64,000 nucleotides of DNA. It comes from the human T2T-CHM13v2.0 reference genome, Homo sapiens. This document shows, piece by piece, positions 14,843-40,800 of this stretch. Numbering within the stretch: position 1 is the first letter of the stretch; every line of letters starts with the position of its first letter. The position numbers and the translations under genes are program-made. The DNA is taken from the NCBI RefSeq assembly GCF_009914755.1, contig NC_060933.1; one strand, 5' to 3'. Below the pieces are notes generated by a model that saw only the letters and a list, made by a program, of their open reading frames with translations, ran no database searches and was not told the DNA's origin.

Positions 14843-15261
14843 CTACCATTAATTTAGTTTCATCTCTTGATGGCACAACTGTTTTGTCAATAAAACATGA
14901 ACAGGTGTGTTCTTTTTGCTTCAGCGGTGGTGAGGGGGCGCATAGGCAGTGGTGAGTTCCCTGATGTTCTCAAAATGCCCCTGGGGAAGGTAAATATCTA
15001 AATGTCCTTGTTTTAAAGTGAACCAGCCTAGAGAAAATATCTTTCAAAGTCACTCTCCAGGAATGTTTTTACTTGATGAGTTTCTCACACCTTAAATTAT
15101 CTTCTTGTGTATTTTCCATTAAATTTTATAACCGAGAGATAATTTGTATTGAGTCTGTCCTCCTTTTAAGACACCAGAATGTTTGTCTCGGCAGTTTCAA
15201 ACTCATGACATTAACAGAAGACATAAAGAAAGGTCTTTTGATGACAAAATAATTAAAGTTA

Positions 15262-15267
15262 TTTATT
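15262..15267 (-). terminator. EQTN: EQTN polyadenylation signal
   Basis: AATAAA about 38 nt after the stop codon, giving a very short 3'UTR. Confidence 0.8.
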
Positions 15268-15304
15268 CATCAATAAGATTTCTTCACCGGGATCCTTGAT
15301 TTCT

Positions 15305-27799
<12,495 letters not shown>

Positions 27800-27943
27800 G
27801 TCTGAAGACTGCTTTATCTCAGGTACTATAATGGTTTTTAGTTATTTTTTAAATAAACCATTACAAGATTTTCTTTGAAAGTTAATAAGTGTGTTTTCAT
27901 AAAAGAATGTTAATTACTCGGCTCTGGATTTTAAAGAACCATT

Positions 27944-28399
27944 TGTAGAGCACTCGATTCTGTGGCTAGTCAGGGTGCCACTTGTAACCCGCACGGACCT
28001 AGGGGACTGAACAAAGGGGGACGAATGCGGGAATAAAAGACAAAGACAAAAGAGTATATTTGGAAGAAGGGGTCGGGGGCACCTTGCCTCTAGTGGGCAA
28101 GGGCCCTGAGCTTTACACAGCCCTCTGTATTTATTAGGCAAGAGAGATAGTGAGAAGGAGGATGGAAGAAGGGGTCAGCTGCCCGGTCCAGAGTAGGCAT
28201 GCAACACTGCATTCTCTAGATGTCGCAGTAGATAACCTCGGTGCCAGGGAGTGATTGCCTCCAGCAAACCTTCTGTGGGCAGGAGCAGTCGTGAGTTTGC
28301 CCACATCCTGCATTCATAATAAACAGTTTGCTGTTTGATCATATAGCCTCCAGTGGAATGCTGAGTGGCTCACGTCCCACGAGCCTTCGGCTCCCTGCA
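27944..28399 (-). mobile_element. Solo LTR3 (HERV-K HML-6)
   Basis: TG...CA termini and a perfect 6-bp TSD accatt (27938-27943 and 28400-28405). Matches recalled LTR3 sequence cagcattccactggaggctatatgatcaaacagcaaactg. Confidence 0.88.
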
Positions 28400-28516
28400 A
28401 CCATTAATATTGTTAAGAGTAAAATGAGAACAGATCTTTTTGTTTCTCAAAGCATTGCAATATGATGTGTTTTCTTGGATAAATGCAATAAAAATATCTT
28501 TTAAAAACTAGTCAGA

Positions 28517-28797
28517 GGCTGGACGCAGTGGCTCACACCTGTAATCCCAGCACTTTGGGAGGCTGAGGTGGGCAGATCACTTGAGGTCAGGAGTTCAAGA
28601 CCACCCTGGGCAACATGGTGAAACCTCATCTCTACTAAAAATACAAAAGTTAGCCAGGCGTGGTGGCCCACGTGCTTGAACATGGGAGGCAGAGGTTGCA
28701 GCGAGCCGAGATCACACCACTGCACTCCAGCCTGGGTGAAGAAGTGAGTCTCTGTCTCCAAAAAAAAAAACAAAAAACAAAAAACAAAACAAAAAAA
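28517..28797 (+). mobile_element. Alu (Sx-like) with ~40-bp right-arm deletion
   Basis: TSD aaaaactag(t/g)caga; ggtggcccacgtgcttgaac junction lacks the cctgtaatcc...gagaatc segment. Confidence 0.85.
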
Positions 28798-29044
28798 ACA
28801 ACTAGGCAGAAAAACCAAGTTCTGATGCCAAATGCCCTACAAGTCTACAAGTTCTGGTTAATGGATTATCTTAACTATAATTCTTTAGAAAAGTTCTCTA
28901 AAACTGGTCATTTTTAGATTTTAAGGCCTATATTATATAAATAATTAATAATAACATATTATATATTAGTTATATAAATATATTATATATTTTATAAAAT
29001 ATATAATTATATAATATATAAAATATAGGTCTTATATGTATTTA

Positions 29045-29820
29045 TATTTCATATGGCTTTTGGGGTCCAAGTGGTTCTTGGTTGCATTGATGAATTGTAT
29101 AGTGGTGAAAGCTGAGATTTTAGTCTGCCCATCACCCGGTAGTGTATATTGAACCCAACATATAGTTTTTTATCCCTCACCCAGCTCCCTTCTTCCCCCC
29201 TTCTGAGTCTCCAATGTCCATTATACCACTCTGTATGCTTTTGTGTACCCATAGCTTAGCTCGCACTTATAAGTGAGAGCATGTGGTATTTGTTTTTCCA
29301 TCCCTGAGTTATTTCACTTAAAAGAATGGCCTCCAACTCCATCCAATTTGCTGCAAAAGACATTATTTTTTTCTTTTTTATGGCTGAATAGTATTCCATG
29401 GTGTATATATACCATATTTTCTTTCTCCACCCATCAGTTAATGGGCACTTAAGTTGGTTCCATATCTTTGCAATTGTGAATTGTGCTGGGATAAACATAT
29501 GTGTGTAGGTGTCTTTTTGATATAATTACTTTTTTTCCTTTGGGTAGATACCCAGTAGTGGGATTGCAAAGGGTAGATCTACTTTTAATTCTTTAAGAAA
29601 TCTCCATACTGCTTTCTATAGGTGTTGTACTAATTTTTATTCCCACCAACAGTGTATAAGCATTCCCTTTTCACCAATATCCATGGCAACATCTATTTTT
29701 TTTTTAAATTTTTAGTAATGGCCATTCTGGCTGGGATAAGGTGGTATCTCATGTGGCTTTAATTTGCAGTTCCCTGATGATTAGTGATGTTGAGCATTTT
29801 TTCATGGTTTTTGGCCATAA
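29045..29820 (-). mobile_element. L1 3' end (L1MA/PB-like)
   Basis: ORF 29256-29498 is the ORF2 C-terminus (WYIYTMEYYSAIKK), followed by 3'UTR and an AT-rich tail at 28930-29045. Confidence 0.85.
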
Positions 29821-30996
29821 AACCTATTTTTTTCATAAAATATAAAACTTTTTTTGTTTAAAATATTTTTATCATGAAACTCATCTTTTACTTTACATAC
29901 AAGTGGAGAAAATAATCTAATATTTAATTAGTTAGAAGAGGACTTAAGTATAGGCAATATTATCCATTATTAGTTATACAATAACTCAAGTAATAAGAAA
30001 TAAAGACAAATCAAATAGGCAGCATTTCTCTTCCTGATAGGATCACCTAACTTCCCCACTCTCAAATGTAATTATTGTTGATGACAGCTTCTCAACATTA
30101 GAGAATATCCATAGTCAAGATGACATATTACTTCAAGAAAAAAAAGCATGACTTTAAAAAGACTTGATAATCTTTTTAGGGTAATGAATGCTCACAAATT
30201 AAGTCCAACTTGTGACTCCCTACTGAACACACCTGGTGAACTGGAGATAGATTCACCAGGAGTCTAATTGCATAGGAGGAGGAAGGAAATTGGGAAGATT
30301 TATCCTCAGGGAAAAGATGGTCAGGCAAGCAAAGCTTAGCATCAAAGCTTTAGTCAGCCAAAGGGAAGTGGTCCTGTGTAGAGCTGTTTTTCTTCCTTAG
30401 CTTATTCTCAAGTGAAAGCTGAGAAGCGAAAAAAAGAGATATGAGTAAAGAGCTGGCAGGCCTTGGGAGCCCTTTACTTTGTTATCTCTCTAACAGGGTG
30501 ACACATAGAAAAGGAGAGAGACTTGAAGCAAGCATGCTCCATGTTGCTGCAAACCACCTTAGAGCTTTGAATGACATAGCTCAGCCCTGGTGAAACTCGG
30601 AAGAAGTTGTTCCAGGAGGAAGATGGCATCAATGGAATTTCCCCTGTCCCTGGCAATAAAGGGGAAGTCAGTGCTAGCTGGAGAAACATGTTTACTACTG
30701 TGTGCCCCAAAGCTGGCACACTGTGTGGCCCATAACAGGTGCTTGATGAATGAGGGAATAAAACACTTTATTTAGTTCAGGAAGCACTTAAGTGCCAAAA
30801 AGTCAACTTAGCATTTTCTAATGACATGAATGGAATTTTCTTTATCATATAGCTTCTCCACTGAGTCCTCCTATATTCAAAAGATTGTTAGTTTTTAATG
30901 TGACTAATGCTCTTCCTAGGTAATTGAATTGGTAGAGTACAGATATTGTAGGCTTTATAAAAAAAGCATTAGATTTAATGAAACTAAGTTTGTTTA

Positions 30997-31152
<156 letters not shown>

Positions 31153-31206
31153 TTAACCTTTCTTTGTCCTATGATCAGTATTCTTTTTAGAACATATTTT
31201 CAGAGG

Positions 31207-31670
31207 TGTTATGGGTTGAACTGTATGCCCCCAAATTTCACATGTTGAAGTGTTAATCCCCAGAACCTCAAAATGTGACCACGTTTGGAGATAGAGTTGT
31301 TGCAGATATAATTAGTTAAGAAGAGGTCATACTGGAGTAGGATGAAACCCCAACACAACATGACTGGTGTTTTTATGAAAAGGAGGAGAATTGGACACAG
31401 AGACACACAGAAAAAATACTATGTGGAGATGAAGGGAGAGATCAGGGAGGTACAGCAGAAGCCATGGAACATCAAAGATTGCCAGCAAACCACCAGAAGC
31501 TAGGAAAAAGGCATGGAACAGATTCTCCCTCATGCCCCTCAGGAGGAGCCAATCCTGCCAATATATTAATCTAGGACTTGTAACCTCGAGAACTGTGACA
31601 CTATAAATTTGTTGTTTAAGCTACTCAGTTTGTGGTACTCGTTTCTGGTTACAGCAGCCCTAGCAAATGT
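31207..31670 (+). mobile_element. MLT1B/C MaLR LTR
   Basis: tgttatgggttgaactgt...ccagaagctagg...cagcagccctagcaaa. Confidence 0.85.
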
Positions 31671-32369
31671 ATAGAATAGACAAATAGAAGAGATTATGCA
31701 AACTAAAATTGAACGTGTCCTCTCTGGAGGTTATAATTTTGGGCTGTAATGTAGCCCTTCCATAAATGTAGATGTTCTATAACACAATCTAGTATAAATT
31801 TTTCTTTAAAATAATCAAGTGTATATTATTTTCTCTACATAATGTCATATTTTAAGTCTTTAAAGAAGACCCTGAAAGGCATCTCTTGCTAATACCAAGA
31901 ATGTCATTAAATATACTTTGTACTCTGTGACTTTATTTCCTGAATGATTTCATGTTTATTGACCACATCTGGATTACAAGCCCTTTCCCATTTCTGTGTC
32001 TTTTCTCTCAACAGCACTAAGCCTAGAGTAGGAGGCCATATATTTGGATATTAGCTCCATCACTTCTTAGCTGTATGATCATGGGCAAATCATCTCTTCT
32101 CTGACCCTGAACTTTCACTCATCTGAAAAATGGGAAAATTAAGTTTCACAGCCAGTACTATTTAAGACCCATTTATTGGGCTGAACTTGTTTACTTTACA
32201 GATTTATATACATAATTTTTCCTCAGGTCTAAAAGAATTAGATGTGGTGAGGTTTTCATATACCCATATTTTTTCAAGAGGCAGAGTACACCAGTATCCT
32301 ATTGGGTAGGTCATATAAGTAGTATAGAGAATGAAGTTGAAGACATACACATACTAAGAAACAAGACAA

Positions 32370-32668
32370 TTTTTTTTTTTTTTTTTTTTTACACAAAGTC
32401 TCACTCTGTCGCCCAGGCAGGTGTACAGTGGTGCAATCTCGGCTCACTGCAACCTCTGCCTCCAGGGTTCAAGCAATTCTTGTGCCTCAGCCTCCCGAGT
32501 AGCTAGGATTATAGGCGCCCACCACCATGCCCAGCTAATTTTTGTATTTTTAGTAGAGACGGGGTTTCACCATTTTGGCCAGGCTGGTCTCAAATTCCTG
32601 ACCTCAGGTGATCTGCCTGCCTCGGCCTCCCAAAGCACTAGGATCACAGGCATGAGCCACCGCATCCA
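32370..32668 (-). mobile_element. Alu (Sx-like)
   Basis: Antisense dimer with T-tail. Confidence 0.9.
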
Positions 32669-33276
32669 TAAATAACACAATTTTATATAATGGCCTAAAA
32701 CATATTTTTAAAGAATATTAAGAATGTTAATTGAGTCATCCCAGTCTTCGAGAGAATTCATTAAATGGAGATAAATTCCACAAGGTATAAATTAGTTGTC
32801 ACAGTCCATTAATATAAGCCCAAAAACTGTGCTTAAAAAATTAATTTGAATATTATTTTCCTTAAATCTGAGTAGTAAGTTTACATAGTGCATAAAAGAA
32901 AATAAATGATTAGCTACATCATTCAGAAGAATTGCCCTGCTGAGCCCTGCCTGAATTCATGACCCACAAAAGCATGAGATATGTTAAAGTGGGTATTGCT
33001 TTAAGTCGCCAAGTTTCAGCATACTTTGCAATGCAGCAATAAATAGCTGGAACACTTTGGAAACTTACATTCAGACAAATCACCTTCTGCCACATCCTTC
33101 CATCCTGGCAGCTCTCTACTCTGGATACACCTGACATCCTTGTTCTTCAATCCCTTAGATGTCTCACATTTCCTGACCTCTTCACTCACTCATCATCCAG
33201 CAGCCCCCATCTCTCTTTACTTTTTTAATATCCAACTCAGATTCGATGAGTATTATTCTAATTAAGAACTCACTAC

Positions 33277-33784
<508 letters not shown>

Positions 33785-34379
33785 TTAATGGTTCCAGTTT
33801 CTCCGTATTCTAAGCAGGTTGGGCAAGAAGAGAGAGAAGTGGGTGTGGAGAAGTCTCACGGCCTGAAGAAAAGAGAGTCATTTCTCCTCTATTGGGGGAG
33901 TTGCAGGAGTTATCATCAAGTCACCTCGGGGGCAGCGGCAACAGCACAGGCTGGGTGTGTGTCTCTCTCTGCCCTCCCTCTTCTGGGGCTGGCTGACTCA
34001 TTGCGGGGTCAGGCGACAGGGGCTGGGATGCAGGATCACACTGAGAATGACCAGGCATTTAAGGGCTGGACTGCACAAGCAAATCAAGTGCTTCCAGGCA
34101 CTCAGAATGCCCCAGGGAGAAGACAACAGCAACAAACAACAAAAATAGTTCCCTGTTCCTTAAACAGCAAATACCTATTTCAAACAACTGTATTACAACC
34201 AAATAGCGTCAGCCAGTGTTCCCTCTAAGACACAGAAGCTTTAGGGGAACCTAAAGGACTTTTATTTTAGTTTTACCTTTTCTACTCTTTAGGTGTTAAA
34301 ATGTTTTCTTCTATGGGATAAGGGTGGTAATAGACAGTTGCATCTATAAATCACTTTTCTTTAATTTTAAACTTTCTAG

Positions 34380-34880
<501 letters not shown>

Positions 34881-36069
34881 TAGAAAGAGCAGTCTGGTTT
34901 CAGTTTGTGAAAACTAGAAGGTGAGAGAAGGAGCCTAGAGATTTGTAGAGTAATGGGCAGGAGGTAAAGGAGAGGCCATGAAAATAAATGCAGAGATCAT
35001 GAAAATGCAGAAAGGGAGACTGTTTGGCTTTGGTGCTAATTTTCTAAAAATAATTTCGACAAATCTTTCTTCTCAAATGCTGGGGCTAATCAGCTATTTT
35101 GTCTTTCCAGAATCTCATTAAAAGAGGGAGTCTGCGTTTCAGGACAATCTTTCTATGAAAGGTAGAGACAAAAAAAGGGGGGGGTGCAATTTATTTTATA
35201 CTTTTTATAAATAAAAGCCTTTTTCTTCTTCTCTCAGCCAGACTAGTCTGTTTTGGCAAGCTTTCCATTGGCAATTGTTGCTTTCTCCAGTCTGTATTCA
35301 CTGATTGGCTGCATTTGAACTCTTGTAATTATCAGGTGTCTTCTTTGTGTGAATAGATCCCTGCATCTGGCCCTAATGCAAATCACATCTCTGTAATTAC
35401 CAGACATGATTGGTATAAGAATGGATGCTGGAAATTTGCACATAAATGGGCAAAATTATTCTTTTCCAAAAGCTTCTAAACCTAGAGATGAGATCAAATA
35501 CAGACATATTATGCCTCTACTCTACCTGGCTCTGTGCCCTTTTCTGGCTCTTCCCTCATGTGCATATACATAAGCTTCTTCTCTCAACTTTCCAGTCTCC
35601 CAGGCTGGAAGATAAAGTATCATAGGTGACTTTTCTTAATCCCTTGCTTCTTACTCCACAGCTAATCAGATGGCTTCCCTTCTTTGAGACATGCTTATAT
35701 CCACCGCTTCCTTTTCATTACTATTTCTACTAGAGTTAGGTCATTATCTTCTCAGGACATGAAGAGTATACTGTTCTCCTTTCTAGGCCATGTGGTGAAG
35801 TTGAGAAGCATGCATTCTAAAGAAAAATAAAATGTAGCTTGACTACAAACACCATTACTTTCTAGTTATACGTGACCATGGCATGATAGTTTAACTTCTC
35901 TGATCTTCAGTTTCCTCATCTGTAAAATATGAAATAACAACTAGCTCTTTAAAAGTCTGTTTACCCCTGGAAAAATACCTGTGATGCTTCCTTGAGTGAT
36001 GAAGCTTAATTTAAGAGGACATTTTTATGGGTTGATAATTGAAGTGATGCTGTTAAGTATATATTGGCA

Positions 36070-39000
36070 AGTGTCTTAGATTGGGCTCCTCTAGAAGCTG
36101 ATTCCAAAACTAGGATGTGAGAACCAGTGATTGATTAAGGAAGTGCTCCTATAGGAAGCAAGTAAGGCAGTTGAAGAAGCAGGACAGGGAAGGAGGACAC
36201 CAAGCAGGAGAGCAGTCTTAGGCAAGGTCTCACAGAGGGGAAATTTAACCTGATCCTTCAAGAAAATTTTGGAGGGAAAGTCATGCCTCGGAATCGCCCC
36301 AGCCCAAAGTAAGGGAGCTGAGTCTGTCATCCCATGTTGATGTCAGACAGTGGTTAAGGGCTACCCAGGGGAGTTAAATTTCCAGGTTCCTCTGGGTCTT
36401 TCTGTGTGCTATGGGAATCTGAGGGCAGTTCTCCAAGAAAGAGTTCTATGTGCTAGCTTTGGAAGTTAAACAGACTGATGACAGGTGTACCTAAAAATGA
36501 TAAAGACAGGTTTGGGGAGATGTGGGAAGATGCTGACATCCGCTACAGCCCACCCCTTGTGTTGCTCAGATTCATCAGATCCGCTTGTATCCTGTCACGG
36601 ATTCTTCAAGATGAATGATGGTTGTAACAACTTCTGGGGAAAAACTTCTAAGAGGAGGGTTATGGGAGAACTACAATTCTCATTGCTGTGGCAGTCCAGA
36701 GGCCATAATGAGCATTTATCATCTGTGTCCCCTACAATTGGTTCTAGAAGGTAGCTTCTGATGGTTTAGTCTGCTCAGCTGGGGTCTTGGTTTCTATGAC
36801 TTAGGCTGCAGTTGTTGTAATTGCTCATTTATAGTTAACATGGAGTTCTGACCAGACTCCTCTCTGCCCCTCTTATGTAGCAGCAACCCTAGCTCCTCAG
36901 GATGGTCAGGGTCAATTACCTCTGCCGGTATGGTAACTCTTTTTACCTGCTGGTCTATTAGCATGAAGAGCCCTAAATGACCAGGCAGCATCAACAGCTT
37001 TAGGGTTAGTGGGATTCTTCCCATGTTCTGATGGAAATGTCTCCTCCCTGAGAACCAGGGCTTCCACACTCACGAAACATAAAGTTGTGGAACAGAGTTT
37101 TTCTGAGCATCTAGTAACCATCCCAGCAGTATATTAAGGCATTAAATCTTATGCCCTGAGAATATGCCCCCACAAATCTACTCTCTTAGCCAGCCAGCCT
37201 CATATTCTATCTCCCTTGGTCAAGCACCAGTTTAAGATATATTCCCATGCATGTCCTCCTATTTTTATTGCTCTTTCTTAGCCGAATGGATCATTCCTTC
37301 CATATCAGGACCAGTACTTTCCTAATCAGGCCATGCTGAGACTTGACCTGAGTTATTAATCTAGTAGCCAAGGGAGGAGATGACAGCATATCTAAAGAAA
37401 TCAAGTATCATCTTGCAGGGCATAAAGCCACCTCAGCTGAGACCTCTGCATAGTCTTCAGGGAAGGGGGAAGGTGCTATCTTTTGGTAAAGGGGCAGTGG
37501 ATACTTCTACAAGGGGGCAGTTGAACAAATCCACCTAGTTATACTTATTCCACATTTCATGATCCACTTCTTCCTTATCAGGGCCTTGATTTTGGTATAA
37601 GAGACTTGCCAAGGCTGTAGATTCAGTCTTCTCTGAAGTTTTGCTGACAATCTAGTCCTGGATCTATTCACTAACTACAGGAGATGCAGGTCCCTCTATA
37701 TGCTGCCATGAAGATTTTGACCTTCAGGTTGGGACTTAAATTGATAACTGGCTGAGCGGAACCTGTCATTTTCCTCTTAATGCATAAAGAACACTCAGCA
37801 ACTACCAACCGATCCCTGGGTCTTCATACTCACCTTCTCCCCTAAGTCTCTCACAAGCACCAGTGCATCCCTTCTGCCTGCAACTTTTCCAGTTCACCAA
37901 GTGAAGTCCTAGCAATGGTCACAGTGTCCTGGGGGTTATCTCCATAACTCTGAGGCTTGTGTGCATCATCTCCCAGAGGTCCCTCATAGGACTGTGCTCC
38001 TGTTGTCCACAGCAGGGGATGCTCCTTCCACTGTCACTTCCCCCTTTGCCTCTTGGTGCTTTGGGGGATCATCTCCCAGGAGTAACATCAGTGGATAAAG
38101 TCAGTGCCCTGTCTAGATCCCTTTCTACCACTTTGGGGCATCTCCCTATCTCTTCCAGTCTGACCCATTGTGAAGGCTGAAGCAACTCCATCTTGGAAGC
38201 TAATCTGCCACTTTGGCTTCTGATTGACCAACATTCTGGAAAGGCCTCTAAAATTTCCAGTTTATCTATTGTTCCTCGTGTAAGAGCAAGTACTTACCAT
38301 AAATCCTTCCCTTAGGTCAAATAACTTTGATGTTATCATACTTCAATTGTCCTACAAATCTGTGCTGAACCAATTTTCTCCCTGTGGTGTATAAGCCTTT
38401 GGTCTTGGGGGTAATGGTGCGGGGATCCACCATCTTGTCTTGCGGTGGCCTGAGACGCAAACATGGCTTCTGTTTGTAAGGCCTTTTAAATGTTTCTTTC
38501 TAAGAAACTGTATTTATCAGACTCTTTCTTCAGCCTCTCAGCTTCCTCAGACTTTGGGGTAGGCTTTCATAGGCCTGCCCACTGTGGAACACCTATGTAC
38601 GAGCTGGGCATCTCCTTGTGTCCAGGCAAGCCCTCAGGTTCATAGTTGCAGATGTTTCTAGTAAAGAGCCTTTTGTACTCACAAGAATGGAGTGTCAAGG
38701 GGATAAAAGTGGGGTATGACAGCGTCTGCTACACTCAAGCCCTTAGCTGCTCAGTTACACACACACCCCACATTAAGTTCCCTCTATCCCATCGCTGATT
38801 CCTTTTAAAAATTTTACTCAAAATTAAATGTGCATACAATTTAAGGAGACAAGCATCTTAACAAATTTTGCTACCAACAACCGTTGTGTCCCAGGTACCC
38901 CTCATTTATATCTTCCAGAAAAATCTTCAGTGCTTCAGCTTATTCTTTGGTTATTTGCATCCAAATCTCTCCTAACACGCCAATATAATAGCTTTGGGCT

Positions 39001-40400
39001 TTCAGAATTAAGTGATGCCTACTGAATCCCACTATGAAAGAGGAAGACCTAGCTCTCTTTCACAAGACCCACAGTAAGGCCTTCAGGGACCATCCTCATT
39101 CATTATCCTGGACCCCATCCTAAAACACAATTACATCATTATTGCAGCTTGATCAGTGTTCAGAGTTTACTTCAGTGCTGTCAAAGACTCTTAAAGGTAT
39201 TAGCCAATCACAGTTTCTGAAAAGAGACCCACCACATAAGGGCCAGTAGATAAAGTGTAGTCCCTAATGCTGAAGTTGGATCTGGGTCCATATTTGACAT
39301 ATGTCAGCTCTTTATCACACATTCTAGATCCCCTTACTGTTTGCCATCACATCTCCTCATCTAAGGAGAAGGGCTAGGTATAAAAAAGTACTGAGTCAAG
39401 TGGAGAAAAGTTCCTTAGTTAAGGGCCCCTGATGAGGAGGCCTACAAATGGTGACACCTGCACTAGGACTGTAAGTATTCATATGCATATAGCCCGCAGG
39501 GGATGAATGAGTCCTTGACTGCAACTCCCTCCAGGAAACTGAAAAGCTCTGGCTGTGTGCTAAGTTTGGTGTGAGGGGTGAAGCTTGCCAGGCAAAGCCT
39601 TGTAATTACCTATGGTGGGACCTGAAAGATCACACAAAGGACGTGGGCCTGAAACTAAACTCAATTAATTCACTTTGCATTCCATGCAAAGTTGATAGCC
39701 AGGAGCACTTCTTGAAAATCTGCGCATTGGGATGCCACTCCCTCCCGCATCACTGTCTTCCAGGGTCACACTGAGTGGAGCAATAGGGAAGCAGTGGAGC
39801 TACAAGGAATGTTTGGCTTGCATATTATTGATCTGACCCATCTATGAATGAGGCTTGAATTTTTTTCTCCTTAGTTGTTTGTAGGGAGTCCTGGATAAGA
39901 TCATAACTGTAAGCTGAGAGAGAGGCATTGGGGCAACATAACTAGGTGACATGGGTCTGGGCCACTGCTTGGTTTAACTTACTTGTGCCACCCAGATCTG
40001 CTTGGTTCCAATCCATAATGCATATTTCTTTTGTATTATGGATTGTTCCTGGGCCCATTCATTTTCAAGGGTAAACAGCCCATGGATGAATTGTAATTTC
40101 CTCCTGAGGGATATGGACAGGACACCAACAGCATCTATTATTAACTGGGACTTAGAGATGGCAGGTGCTGGTCACTAAAAAAAGTGTATCCTTGAATATC
40201 TGTTCATCCCATGTGAATTACTACAGCTCTTTGGTCTGCAGAAGCAGAATATTAGGATTAACAAAGAAGAAAACCACATCTCCATCCTTTCCTTTAGAGT
40301 AAACCTAAGATACTAGCACCTAGGAATCTATAAGATTGAAAGGAGTTAATTATGGAAAGTAGTTATCTCAGGGCTCAGCATTCAGTAAATGTCATTTTCC
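36070..40400 (-). mobile_element. Ancient ERVL-class element: LTR (~36070-36540) and decayed internal sequence with dUTPase remnant
   Basis: ORF 36794-37069 (IPLTLKLLMLPGHLGLF...VIDPDHPEELGLLLH) resembles ERVL dUTPase (LPPGHFGLL...GVIDPDYQGEIGLLLHN). LTR16/33-like terminus tgtcttagattgggctcctctagaagc. Right boundary is uncertain. Confidence 0.65.
38169..38591 (+). mobile_element. Solo LTR (LTR47-like) nested in the ERVL remnant
   Basis: TG...CA termini; gaagcaactccatcttgg hallmark; TATAA box; flanks cccat/cctat. Confidence 0.65.
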
Positions 40401-40417
40401 ATTAAAAGTGTTGGTGC

Positions 40418-40800
40418 AGAAAGACAAATACTGCCGATCTCACTTATATGTGGAATCTTAAAAAGTCAAACTCACAGAAGCAGAGAAGAGAATGTTGGTT
40501 ATCAGGGGCTGGTGGTGGGGGATGGTACTGGGGAGATGCTGGTCAAAGGACACAAAATTTCAGCTAGGGAGAAGAATAAGTTCAAGAGACCTATTTTACG
40601 CCACGTTGTGTAGTTAATAATGACATACACTTGAAAATTACTGAGAGAGATTTTTAAGTGTTCTCACTATGAAAAAGTGCTATGTGAGGCAATATACATG
40701 TTAATTAGCTTGATTTAGCCATTCTACAATATATACATATTATCATCAAAACATCACATTGTACCCCATAAGTACTACAATTTTATTTGTCAATTAAAAA
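40418..40800 (+). mobile_element. L1MA 3' fragment
   Basis: ctcacttatatgtggaatct...gttaattagcttgatttagccattc. Confidence 0.8.

Noticed and set aside
14928-14941. Second CTCF-like motif (TGGTGAGGGGGCGC)
   Set aside because: Only the 3' half matches the consensus.
30232-30260. 9-bp inverted repeat CCTGGTGAA...TTCACCAGG
   Set aside because: Too short for a pre-miRNA or MITE; expected by chance in 64 kb.
33788-34228. 146-aa plus-strand ORF
   Set aside because: No recognisable domain, splice context or coding-like composition; length is attainable by chance in GC-richer DNA.
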